From: Chitinophagales bacterium
GTDB taxonomy: Bacteria > Bacteroidota > Bacteroidia > Chitinophagales > LD1
Reading direction: 5' to 3'
Length of the DNA: 64,000 nucleotides
Assembly (NCBI GenBank): GCA_046329575.1
Contig: JAXLUJ010000017.1
Span: forward strand, 4,891-68,890
Below, in pieces: positions 29,281-38,608 of the stretch. Numbering within the stretch: position 1 is the first letter of the stretch; the number at the start of each line of letters is the position of its first letter. The notes under the pieces were generated by a model. The model made no database searches and had not been told where the DNA came from. It worked only from the letters and a program-made list of their open reading frames with translations. A program made the position numbers and the translations under genes.

Positions 29281-32200
29281 CTAAAATGCCCGGTTGATGC
29301 CCACCACCCAACGGAACTTAAATGGAGAAGGGTCAACAAAAGGGGTATTGCTTACAAAAAATGGCACATCAAAGCGAAGCGTAAGTGGCTTTATATCTTG
29401 AAGAAAGCCCCATCGTTTTATGGTTACTGCAATTCCGGCGCCGGCATCGGTACGGAAATGCGAAAGTTGCTGTTCACCTCGCGAATTGGTGTAGGCAATC
29501 ATTCCGGCATCGGCAAATAAATAGGTGTTAATACCGAAGAGCTCGCGGAGCTTTTGGTTACGAACCTTAATAATCCGGTTGAAGTCTAATTCGCCATTCA
29601 ATGAAAATCCGCTATTGCCTTTATAGGCCAAAACGGTGGCGCCATATCGATCAATTTCCGGTATCACATAACCGGCATACCCTCGCAGGTTTAGCCCACC
29701 GCCGTAATGCAGGTGATTGGTAGTTGGGCCAAACCCGCTCCACTGCTGCGGCGCAAAGCCTGCCGCGCGGTAGTACTTGTTGTCCATCATATCTTCCTCA
29801 TTGGCTCCGGCATAGTACAATGCCGATTCGGAGGGCAAATCATTTCCGGTACCTATACGCCCGTACAGCCGGGTGCGAAGGTCGAACCGCCAGAAACTGA
29901 CGCGGTTGGTGTGGGTGAGTTCCAGATAGTGATAGTTGAAACTGTTGAATAATGTGGCTGAACGCCAATGTGCGATGAGGTTTCCAACTGCCTTAGGTTT
30001 TGAATACGAATATCCTGCCGTGATATTAATCGAACTGTTGAAGGGTTTTTTTGTAGTCCAGTAGGTTGACCATTCCGAACGGTTTATCAGATAATTGGAA
30101 TACCACGTCCGATTTCGGGTGAATGCTTTTAAGTGAAAATCGACCCAGAAATTATTGGGAAGTGTTTTAACCAGCCCCACTTTGTACATTTCATAGCCAT
30201 CTAACCATCGCGATTGAAAATAGAAGGAGGTTTTCTTCAATACTTTATCAAGCGGTGTTTGATAACTGAACGCGTATTGGAACCAGCTCACCTTTGCTTT
30301 TTCGCCATCAGGGATGGCATAAAAACCACCTTGTGCCAGGCGTGTGGGAATCCAGAGTTGCAGCGAGAACACGTGCTTGGTGTACATATAACTTCCGCGT
30401 AATTGAAGCCCCAATTTGAAACCATCAAATGAATTGTACCAAACATCGGGCCGCAGCCAAAGGCGGTATTTTCGCCAGCTCATAGCCGGATAAATTTTAG
30501 AATCGAATCGAAATTCGGGATGGCGTTTCCATTCATTGTTGTAATTGTTCACATCGGCCAGACGGCCGCTTGGGTCAATCACCACATTTTTTATGCCTTC
30601 CGGAATTTGAACCACAGCCACGTAATCAGCACGAAGTTTATCCCAACCGTACCATTTTGATAAGAGTTGTGGTTGCGGATTTTTCGAAGCGGGAATGCGC
30701 GCCGAATAGAACCGATCGTGATTGTAGGTGGTGTCGGTCACCGCTTCATCGCTGTATAATTTTTCTGTTTTGGCAAACCAGGTGTTTGGAATCACATAAT
30801 CGTGGATGCTGTCATTTTTACCGATCACTCGTAAATCAATAGGCATTTGCATTCGCCCCGTTCGCTTTAGTTTAATGGCGTATTCGCCTGGTGCTTTTTG
30901 TTTTTTTACAGAAACTATTTTGTAATCAATCGTCTTCGTGGTTTCCAGCCACTCATCAAAGAACCAATTCAGATCGGCATGAGTAAATTGGGTGATGCTG
31001 TTTCTAAAATCTTCGGGATAGGGATGGCAGAATTTCCACTGCCAAACATAGTGTTGCATGGCGCGAAGGAACAGCGAATCGCCCAACACATATTGTAATT
31101 GGAAGAGCATAGTTGCCGTTTTCCCATACACATGGCGGTAGCCGCCTCCCTGCCCCAACGCACCATTGAACATATCGCTGTGGGTGTTGAGCGGTTCATC
31201 GCGGTACAAGGTAGCATCGGAAAGATAGCTATTAAAAATTCGGGTGTCGCGATGCGGGGCTTCTTCGCCAAAGCGGCGGAGATACTTGTTTTTAGGCGCC
31301 TCATCAACCGGATATTTGCCATCAAGATGTTCCAACGCCCATATATTAATGAATTGCGTAAAACCTTCGTCAAGCATAGCGCGATAGGTTTCATTGTTTC
31401 CTAACATGCCGTAAAACCAATTGTGACCGATTTCATGCGTAAGTAAGTGATGATACTCCGGTTCCCGGCCGGCGTCCATGGTAATCATCGGATATTCCAT
31501 TCCATCAGCAGCATCGGCCACCACCATTTTTGGATATTCATACATCCCAAACGACTGGGAATAGCAAGCAATGGTGCGGGCCGCAAAGCCGGCTGCGGTT
31601 TGCCAGCCTGAGGCATGCGGTTCCTGACAAATGGCCACGCAGCGAATGCCATTCCAGAAGGTATCGGCCAGGCGATAGGTAGGATCGGCAGTAAACGCGA
31701 AATCGTGAACATTTATAGCATGATACGTCCAGATTTTCCGTTCTCCTTTTTTGTAAGGCAATAGTACACTTGCCGGTTCGTCCCATTTTTTGGAAGCGAA
31801 GTTTCGGAGGTCTATCTTTTGCTTCAGCGTATCGGGCAAAACTTCCTTTTCATTTTTCAAAACTCCTGTTGCTTCTACAATGTAGTTTGAAGAAAAATCG
31901 AGCCACACATCAAAAGTTCCGTAATCGCCATAAAATTCCCGGTTCAGATGCTGATCGGTATTCCAACCGCTTTTGCGATCGTAAACACAAATTTTCGGAT
32001 ACCATTGACAACCGTTGTAATGCGGCCCCTGCGAAGTGCGATACTTCTTCATTCGCCTACGAACGGAACCATTGTCGTAGTAAGTTTTGAACTTCATTTC
32101 AAAAATGCACGACCGTTTTGGCAGCAGTGGTTTTTCCAGGCGCACTTTCAAAATGGTGTTGTCGGAAAATGTTTGCAGCGAATGGCCTTCTCCATCTTTT

Positions 32201-32568
32201 AATTCTGTAATTTGAATGCCAAGGCCCTGCGATTCATATTTTCCATAATGCGGTTTTTCATCATTGGCTATTTGTAAATCGTGCAGGTAAGAACCGGGAG
32301 TGAAAGCATTTTGGTATTGATGGAAATATACCACATAAAGGGTATCGGGCGAATTATTGAAGTATGTAAGTTGTTCTGCGCCATCGATGATATCTGTTTG
32401 CTCATCAATTCTGGCATGGATCTTATAATGAACATCCTGTTGCCAGTAACCGGCATACGGTTTTTTGTTCTTCCAATACAAGGGATTTTCTTCTGACCGA
32501 AAGCTGATCTGCGAAAAAGCGATCAGAAAATTCATAAAAAATGCAATAAAGAGTCCCGCTTTTTTCAT
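29281..32568 (-). CDS. M1-family metallo-aminopeptidase with long C-terminal extension
   Basis: Signal peptide, YWQQ, GMEYPM, HEIGHNWF...LDEG (HEXXH-18-E). Confidence 0.9.
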   Translation of the reverse strand: MKKAGLFIAFFMNFLIAFSQISFRSEENPLYWKNKKPYAGYWQQDVHYKIHARIDEQTDIIDGAEQLTYFNNSPDTLYVVYFHQYQNAFTPGSYLHDLQIANDEKPHYGKYESQGLGIQITELKDGEGHSLQTFSDNTILKVRLEKPLLPKRSCIFEMKFKTYYDNGSVRRRMKKYRTSQGPHYNGCQWYPKICVYDRKSGWNTDQHLNREFYGDYGTFDVWLDFSSNYIVEATGVLKNEKEVLPDTLKQKIDLRNFASKKWDEPASVLLPYKKGERKIWTYHAINVHDFAFTADPTYRLADTFWNGIRCVAICQEPHASGWQTAAGFAARTIACYSQSFGMYEYPKMVVADAADGMEYPMITMDAGREPEYHHLLTHEIGHNWFYGMLGNNETYRAMLDEGFTQFINIWALEHLDGKYPVDEAPKNKYLRRFGEEAPHRDTRIFNSYLSDATLYRDEPLNTHSDMFNGALGQGGGYRHVYGKTATMLFQLQYVLGDSLFLRAMQHYVWQWKFCHPYPEDFRNSITQFTHADLNWFFDEWLETTKTIDYKIVSVKKQKAPGEYAIKLKRTGRMQMPIDLRVIGKNDSIHDYVIPNTWFAKTEKLYSDEAVTDTTYNHDRFYSARIPASKNPQPQLLSKWYGWDKLRADYVAVVQIPEGIKNVVIDPSGRLADVNNYNNEWKRHPEFRFDSKIYPAMSWRKYRLWLRPDVWYNSFDGFKLGLQLRGSYMYTKHVFSLQLWIPTRLAQGGFYAIPDGEKAKVSWFQYAFSYQTPLDKVLKKTSFYFQSRWLDGYEMYKVGLVKTLPNNFWVDFHLKAFTRNRTWYSNYLINRSEWSTYWTTKKPFNSSINITAGYSYSKPKAVGNLIAHWRSATLFNSFNYHYLELTHTNRVSFWRFDLRTRLYGRIGTGNDLPSESALYYAGANEEDMMDNKYYRAAGFAPQQWSGFGPTTNHLHYGGGLNLRGYAGYVIPEIDRYGATVLAYKGNSGFSLNGELDFNRIIKVRNQKLRELFGINTYLFADAGMIAYTNSRGEQQLSHFRTDAGAGIAVTIKRWGFLQDIKPLTLRFDVPFFVSNTPFVDPSPFKFRWVVGINRAF

Positions 32569-32692
32569 CTGATAAACTTATAAAAATGTGGTCCTTTTCA
32601 GAATGATTTAGAGGTTAGTCTGGTAATTCAAAATGCTTTCATTAAGGCAACTCATTCATTTTTACAATCTCTAAATTTTTGAAATTTGCGGC

Positions 32693-33811
32693 ATGTCACC
32701 CTCCCTTGCCTCTCAGCGATTCTATCAAATCGCATTAAGCATGCTGCCTTCCATTGGCAGTGTGTTAGCCCAGAATCTTCTGGCTTACTGCGGTAGTTGC
32801 GAAAATGTTTTTAAGATGTCGAAGTCCAGATTACAGCGCGTGCCCGGCATTGGGGAAGATCGGGCTGCGCGAATTGTTTCCTCTGATGTTTTAAAACGCG
32901 CCGAAAAGGAATTAAAGTTTTTGGAGCGGGAAAATATTGTTCCGCTTTTCTTTACCGATGAGGCATTCCCACAGCGCCTGAAGCAGTGTGCCGATATGCC
33001 ATTGCTGTTATATTACAACGGTTGCGCCGATTTGAATGTAACTAAGGTGGTTAGCGTTATTGGCACGCGAAAGGTTTCGGAATATGGAAAGGAACAAACT
33101 CTGGCCATTGTAAAATCGCTGGCTGCAGCGCAGGTGTTGGTAGTTAGTGGATTAGCCTATGGTGTAGATATTCTGGCGCATAAAGCAGCACTTGACTGTG
33201 GCTTGAACACGGTGGGGGTGTTAGGGCATGGTTTGAATCAGCTTTATCCCGGCCAGCACAAAAGTACGGCAACAAAAATGTTGGAACAGGGGGGATTGCT
33301 CACCGAATTTTGTACGCAGGATGAATTTACGCCCCATAACTTTCCGCAGCGGAATAGAATTGTTGCCGGCATGTGCGATGCCGTAATTGTAGTAGAAAGT
33401 GCTGCTGCCGGAGGCGCCATGCTCACCTCCCGTAATGCCGGATCGTATCATCGCGATGTGTTTGCGGTTCCCGGTAGAATTACCGACAAAGCCAGCGCCG
33501 GATGCAATTTGCTGATTGCGCAAAATGAAGCCACAATTTTTACATCAGTAGAAAATTTTCTTGCTGCTATGAATTGGGATGGGGAAGAGCGTATTATAAT
33601 GCCTAAGGGCGGACAACTGCCCCTAATCATAGAAGAACCGATGGCATCAATAGTGGCTGTTTTACGTGGAAAGGAATCAGTAGAAATTGACGTGCTGGCA
33701 GGAACCATTGGCCTTTCGCCATCGGCCACGGCAACAGCTTTATTAGAAATGGAAATGAACAATTGGATTGTGGCGTTACCCGGTAAACGGTTCAGGTTAA
33801 TTGGTGGATAA
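32693..33811 (+). CDS. dprA: DNA-processing protein DprA
   Basis: VIGTRK, VVSGLAYGVD, FPQRNRIVAG, VVES, VFAVPG. Confidence 0.95.
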   Translation: MSPSLASQRFYQIALSMLPSIGSVLAQNLLAYCGSCENVFKMSKSRLQRVPGIGEDRAARIVSSDVLKRAEKELKFLERENIVPLFFTDEAFPQRLKQCADMPLLLYYNGCADLNVTKVVSVIGTRKVSEYGKEQTLAIVKSLAAAQVLVVSGLAYGVDILAHKAALDCGLNTVGVLGHGLNQLYPGQHKSTATKMLEQGGLLTEFCTQDEFTPHNFPQRNRIVAGMCDAVIVVESAAAGGAMLTSRNAGSYHRDVFAVPGRITDKASAGCNLLIAQNEATIFTSVENFLAAMNWDGEERIIMPKGGQLPLIIEEPMASIVAVLRGKESVEIDVLAGTIGLSPSATATALLEMEMNNWIVALPGKRFRLIGG

Positions 33812-36078
33812 TGCCGGTTTTGCAGTTCGATTTCTTCAGTATTTTACCGCCGAAAATTGACGCAGTGGCAACAAAACGACAACAACGCAACGAAGAAAAG
33901 AAAAAGGAAATGCCGCAGGCAGCACCGGTAACTTCGTCAAACGCGGTTTATCAAAGCAAATGGTTCCCTTACGCCATTATTGCTCTTTTTACGATTGGTA
34001 TTTATTTCAATACCATCTGGAATAAATATGCGATTGACGATACCATTGTTCTTACCGATAATAAGTTCACCTTACAAGGATTTCAGGGCATTAAAGACAT
34101 TATGACCCATGATGCCTTTGTGGGATTTTTTGGCGAACGGGGCAGTAAACTGGTAAGCGGCGGACGTTACAGGCCGCTCAGTATTGTTACCCTGGCCATC
34201 GAAGTACAGTTCTTCGGCCAAAATCCCGCAGTAAGCCATGCGGTGAATGTATTGTTGTTTGCGCTTTCCTGTGTTTTACTGTTTCACATCTTAAACATGT
34301 TGCTGCCGCCACGAAAAGAAACCGCCTTCTACCTCACCATTCCCTTTATTACTGCCATGTTGTATGCTGCTCATCCTATACATACCGAGGCCGTTTCTAA
34401 CATCAAAGGCCGTGATGAAATCATGGGTATGTTGTTGGCGCTGTTATCACTTTTTGCTGCGCTCAAATTTGTAAGAAGCGGTAAATTCTATCATTTGATT
34501 TATGGCATGCTGGTGTTTTTTCTGGCGCTGCTTTCCAAAGAAAATGCAATCACTTTTATGGCCGTAATTCCTTTGGCTTATTACTTTTTCACTAAAGCCA
34601 AAATTCGTGATTACGTTGCTGTAATTGGCCTATATCTGCTTCCGGTTATAGGTTTTATGGTTATGCGCACGTTTTTTACCGAATCTGGAATTACCAGCGA
34701 TTCACCCGAAATTCTAAACAATCCCTTTGCTTATACCCCCAATTTCATTGATCGCTATCCGGTCATCTTCTACACCTTTATTCTTTACTGGAAATTACTG
34801 CTTTTCCCGCATCCGCTTTCACACGATTATTACTACAATCAAATTCCTGTGATTGGCTGGAGCGATTGGCGCTTCTATGTTTCACTCATACTTAATGCGC
34901 TGCTGTTCTTGTATGCGGTGGTGAAATTGCGTCAAAAATCAATTGCATCCTTTGCCATACTGTTTTACTTTCTCACCTTTTCCATCGTTTCCAATCTGGT
35001 ATTTACAGTAGGTGTTTTGATGAACGAACGCTTCGTTTATATGTGTTCGTTAGGATTTTGTTTACTGCTTGCGTTTTTATTAGTAAATGGTATGGACCGC
35101 AAAATCATATCACCCAAAATTATGACGGCCATTTTTGGTGTGGTGCTGGTGCTGTATTCGGTAAAGACCATTGCGCGGAACACCGATTGGGTAGATAACC
35201 TCACGCTTTTTATTGTTGATTCTAAAACTTCTGAAAACAGTTCCAAGATACAGACCTCAGTTGGCGGCGATCTTACCAAATTGGCCGGTGAAAACTATGA
35301 AAGCGCTAAAAAAAGCGGCGATTTGCAACGGTATTGCGATTTGTTGAACATGGACATCAACACGGCTGCATTGCCCGATACTATTGTACAACAGAAATTG
35401 CTGGAGCAATCAATTGTTCACCTTCGAAAAGCCATTGCGATTTATAAAACGCATTCCAACGCCTGGTTGTTGTTGGGCAATGCGGAGTATAAACTCTATA
35501 AAAATCCACAACAGGCTATGGTAGATTACGAAAATGCCGCAGCCTACCGTGTGGGCGGATATTACGATGCCTGGTACAACATGGGCTGTGTTCAAATTGA
35601 GAACAATATGGCGGGTCCGGCAAAAGAGAATTTCCTGAAGGCTGTGGCTATAAAACCCGATGAGTTTGCATGTCGTTTTAATTTAGCTGAAGCGTATTCG
35701 CGTTTAGGGGTTGCCGATTCAGCCATTTACTGGTATGAAAAAACGCTGGAGTTAAAGGCTAACGACGCGGTTTGTTTTTATAAAATCGGTACCATTTATG
35801 GCAAGCAATTGAACGATTTGCCTAAAGCGGTAAACTATATCAACAAAGCTTTAAACATCAATCCGGAAGTGCCTTTATACTATGAAGATTTGGGGGTGGC
35901 TTACGGACTGATGAAAGAGTACGACAAAGCCATAGCGGTATCGCAACGTTGCATTGCTAAATTTCCAAAATACGGACCGGCTTATATGAACCTTGCCGTA
36001 AGCTACAGGAACAAGGGCGATATCGCTCAGGCTGATGCCTTCCAGGCAAAGGCCATGCAGTTGGGACGAGGCAACTAA
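33811..36078 (+). CDS. TMTC-like GT-C membrane glycosyltransferase with C-terminal TPR repeats
   Basis: DD motif, YRPL, HPIHTEAV, LLSKENA, NERFVY, multiple TM segments, then TPRs; true start may be slightly downstream. Confidence 0.8.
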   Translation: MPVLQFDFFSILPPKIDAVATKRQQRNEEKKKEMPQAAPVTSSNAVYQSKWFPYAIIALFTIGIYFNTIWNKYAIDDTIVLTDNKFTLQGFQGIKDIMTHDAFVGFFGERGSKLVSGGRYRPLSIVTLAIEVQFFGQNPAVSHAVNVLLFALSCVLLFHILNMLLPPRKETAFYLTIPFITAMLYAAHPIHTEAVSNIKGRDEIMGMLLALLSLFAALKFVRSGKFYHLIYGMLVFFLALLSKENAITFMAVIPLAYYFFTKAKIRDYVAVIGLYLLPVIGFMVMRTFFTESGITSDSPEILNNPFAYTPNFIDRYPVIFYTFILYWKLLLFPHPLSHDYYYNQIPVIGWSDWRFYVSLILNALLFLYAVVKLRQKSIASFAILFYFLTFSIVSNLVFTVGVLMNERFVYMCSLGFCLLLAFLLVNGMDRKIISPKIMTAIFGVVLVLYSVKTIARNTDWVDNLTLFIVDSKTSENSSKIQTSVGGDLTKLAGENYESAKKSGDLQRYCDLLNMDINTAALPDTIVQQKLLEQSIVHLRKAIAIYKTHSNAWLLLGNAEYKLYKNPQQAMVDYENAAAYRVGGYYDAWYNMGCVQIENNMAGPAKENFLKAVAIKPDEFACRFNLAEAYSRLGVADSAIYWYEKTLELKANDAVCFYKIGTIYGKQLNDLPKAVNYINKALNINPEVPLYYEDLGVAYGLMKEYDKAIAVSQRCIAKFPKYGPAYMNLAVSYRNKGDIAQADAFQAKAMQLGRGN

Positions 36079-36098
36079 GAACTGGCAACTTTCTGTTA

Positions 36099-36259
36099 GA
36101 TCTTTTTTGGCAGCTGCCGCGGCCCTGCTCGTTCCTCGCAGTTCCGCGTCACCGCGTGCTTTCAGGCTACGCTAACGCTCCGGTGCTACGGCTTCGCCTT
36201 CGCACGCCCGCCAAAGGCGGGCCCTTGCCGCCCGCTGCTGCATGCGCCCGGCCGCAGCC
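36099..36259 (-). repeat. Dispersed structured repeat, copy 5
   Basis: Hairpin GCCCGCC-AAA-GGCGGGC (36206-36222); minus-strand core GTAGCACCGGAGCGTTAGCGTAGCC and GAAAGCACGCGGTG; lies between convergent genes. Confidence 0.85.
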
Positions 36260-38605
36260 TTATTTCGTAAATACAGCCATCGACTTTGCTGCAATTGCCG
36301 TAGCCCCGCCGAAAACGGGATGGAAGCCTGCCGGTAGTGAACCGGAAATAAAAGCATCGGTATTAGAATTATTAATGGCCACAATCACTTCATCATCGAA
36401 GTAACTACGTTTGTAAACCAATAAACCATTACTGCTTTTCAGCAATTCAAAATCGCCATAAATCAACGCCAGATGCGAACGGCGCAGTGCAAAAATTTGA
36501 GCCACGGTTTCCCGTAGTTTTCTTTCGTTTTCATTTAGATTTTCAAAACGCATCATACGCCGGTTATCGGGGTCGCCCGCGCCTGGCATGGCAATTTCAT
36601 CGCCATAGTACAGCACTGGTATGCCGGGAATAGTTGCGATGAAAGTGAGTAACAACGTCATTTTTTTGTAAGCTATCGGATCGCCTACGCCTACATCCCG
36701 CTTCCAGCCTGCCAGGCGCGGATCTTCGCTTGATGCTAATGCCCCTCCGGCAAGAGAAGCAAATCGGGGCAAATCGTGATTGCCGCTGATATTTCCCATC
36801 AGATGATGAGAGCCATAATAGTTCAAACTTTGTTGTAATTGCGCGGCCAGCTTTTCAACGGGTTCCTCTTTCCCCGAAAAAACATCCCGAGCCGTGAAAT
36901 ACAAATTGAAATCAAATTGCCCGTCCATCATACCGCTGCCGATGTATGAGCCAATCAATTCTTTACTCCCATAAGTTTCGCCCAGTTGAAAAACTGAGGT
37001 ATGGGCAGGAAGTTCAATTTTTTCTTTAATCGCGGCGGTTAGCGATCTCCAAAAGGTTGTAGGAATATGTTTGGTGGCATCATGACGGAAACCATCAATA
37101 TGATATCGTTGCAGCCAAAAAACTGAAGAGTCAACTTCTAGCTGCACAACTTGCTTATTACTAAAATCGAGTGTTGGCAAAAAATTGTCGAACCAGGTCG
37201 TAAGGCGCTCTTCATCCCACAACCGTAAATTTTTTCTGCCATCGGCCAACAAAAATCGCGAACGCCACTCCGGATGTTTTTTGATTAAAAAATAATCTTC
37301 ATGAACATGATTGGCTACCAGGTCGAGAAACACATTGATATTCCTTTTATGCGCCGAATCAATCAATGCATGAAGTACCGGTTCGTTTCCAAAGCGATGA
37401 TCAATTCGGGTGAGCGAAACCGGCCAATAGCCGTGATAACCGCTATACCAGTCATGAGGCTCAGGAAATTCCTGATAGGCCTTTTCGGGATTCTCCACTA
37501 TAGGTGAAATCCAAAGCGAATTGAACCCTAAATTACTGAAATATCCATTTTGAATTTGTTTAGAAATGCCGGCCAAATCTCCTCCACAGTAGTTTGCCTT
37601 TTCTTTTATTTCCGGGTGAATTACTTTACGATCGTTGCTGCTATCGCCGTTGCAAAAGCGATCAACCAACACAAAGTAGATGGCATCGGCATGTTTATCA
37701 GTTCGCTTGATTTGTTTGGTTTCATGCAGCACTTTACCATCCTCAAGCGGAACGAGTAAATCGTTGCCTACACTTTGGTCGTCATAGGCATAAACGCGCA
37801 TGAAACTTCGCCTGAAGCGCGCTGCTTCGGCAGGGATTTTAATTTCTATTCTTGTTTCATCGGTAGCGTTTTTATCGGCTAATTCACCAGCAACATGCAT
37901 ATTGATAAAGCGTTTGCCCAATCTGAAATTCTGCCAATAAAAGGCGAGTGAAAAAGGATACCGGGGAAACTTACATGCAATGATGATTCCGGTATCGGAA
38001 TAGCTTACCAAACGTAATTTCGGCATATTATTATTCGCCAAAACCGTCTTCACTGAATTAAATCCTCCATTTCCATTTGAAGCGCTGTCGCTATTTTCTG
38101 GGTCGGTGTGCCACTTTCCGTCGGTGATCAGTTGATAGGCATAAGTGCCGGGGTTAAGCAACAATCGGGTTTGCCACTTTCCATTTTCGAACTTTAGTGA
38201 ATTGCCTTTAGGGTTCCAGCCATTCATTTCACCGGCCAGTTGAACTTGCTTGTAATTTTTATCAGTTACTGAAAAAATGACTTCGCGTTGCTGTGGGGCT
38301 TTGAGCAGAATGGAATAGGGGAAACCGCCGCACCATAGTTTCATTTCATACATGGGTTTTGCAGCAGTTACACTCTTTAAAAAGATGGTGTGATCGGCGT
38401 TCTGCTTCCAGTCCAGCCCTTTTGTGAATTGCACTGAATCAATTTTTTCAGGATGAATGAAATAGTCGCTCAGATAGATAGTGGTGGTGTCGTAATTCAG
38501 TTGCAATGGAATGGCTACGTTTTCCATTTGTGGAATAACCGGAAATTGCGCCCGGATGCCGTTACCACCTAAAAGCAAGGCCGTTAGAATAAAAATTGGT
38601 TTCAT
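36260..38605 (-). CDS. GH13 alpha-amylase-family glycosidase with CBM48-like domain, secreted
   Basis: Signal peptide; VQLAGEMNGW, DRFCNGD, YHGYWP, DLVANH, DGFRHDA, NHD, YYGDEI. Confidence 0.9.
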   Translation of the reverse strand: MKPIFILTALLLGGNGIRAQFPVIPQMENVAIPLQLNYDTTTIYLSDYFIHPEKIDSVQFTKGLDWKQNADHTIFLKSVTAAKPMYEMKLWCGGFPYSILLKAPQQREVIFSVTDKNYKQVQLAGEMNGWNPKGNSLKFENGKWQTRLLLNPGTYAYQLITDGKWHTDPENSDSASNGNGGFNSVKTVLANNNMPKLRLVSYSDTGIIIACKFPRYPFSLAFYWQNFRLGKRFINMHVAGELADKNATDETRIEIKIPAEAARFRRSFMRVYAYDDQSVGNDLLVPLEDGKVLHETKQIKRTDKHADAIYFVLVDRFCNGDSSNDRKVIHPEIKEKANYCGGDLAGISKQIQNGYFSNLGFNSLWISPIVENPEKAYQEFPEPHDWYSGYHGYWPVSLTRIDHRFGNEPVLHALIDSAHKRNINVFLDLVANHVHEDYFLIKKHPEWRSRFLLADGRKNLRLWDEERLTTWFDNFLPTLDFSNKQVVQLEVDSSVFWLQRYHIDGFRHDATKHIPTTFWRSLTAAIKEKIELPAHTSVFQLGETYGSKELIGSYIGSGMMDGQFDFNLYFTARDVFSGKEEPVEKLAAQLQQSLNYYGSHHLMGNISGNHDLPRFASLAGGALASSEDPRLAGWKRDVGVGDPIAYKKMTLLLTFIATIPGIPVLYYGDEIAMPGAGDPDNRRMMRFENLNENERKLRETVAQIFALRRSHLALIYGDFELLKSSNGLLVYKRSYFDDEVIVAINNSNTDAFISGSLPAGFHPVFGGATAIAAKSMAVFTK

Positions 38606-38608
38606 ATT

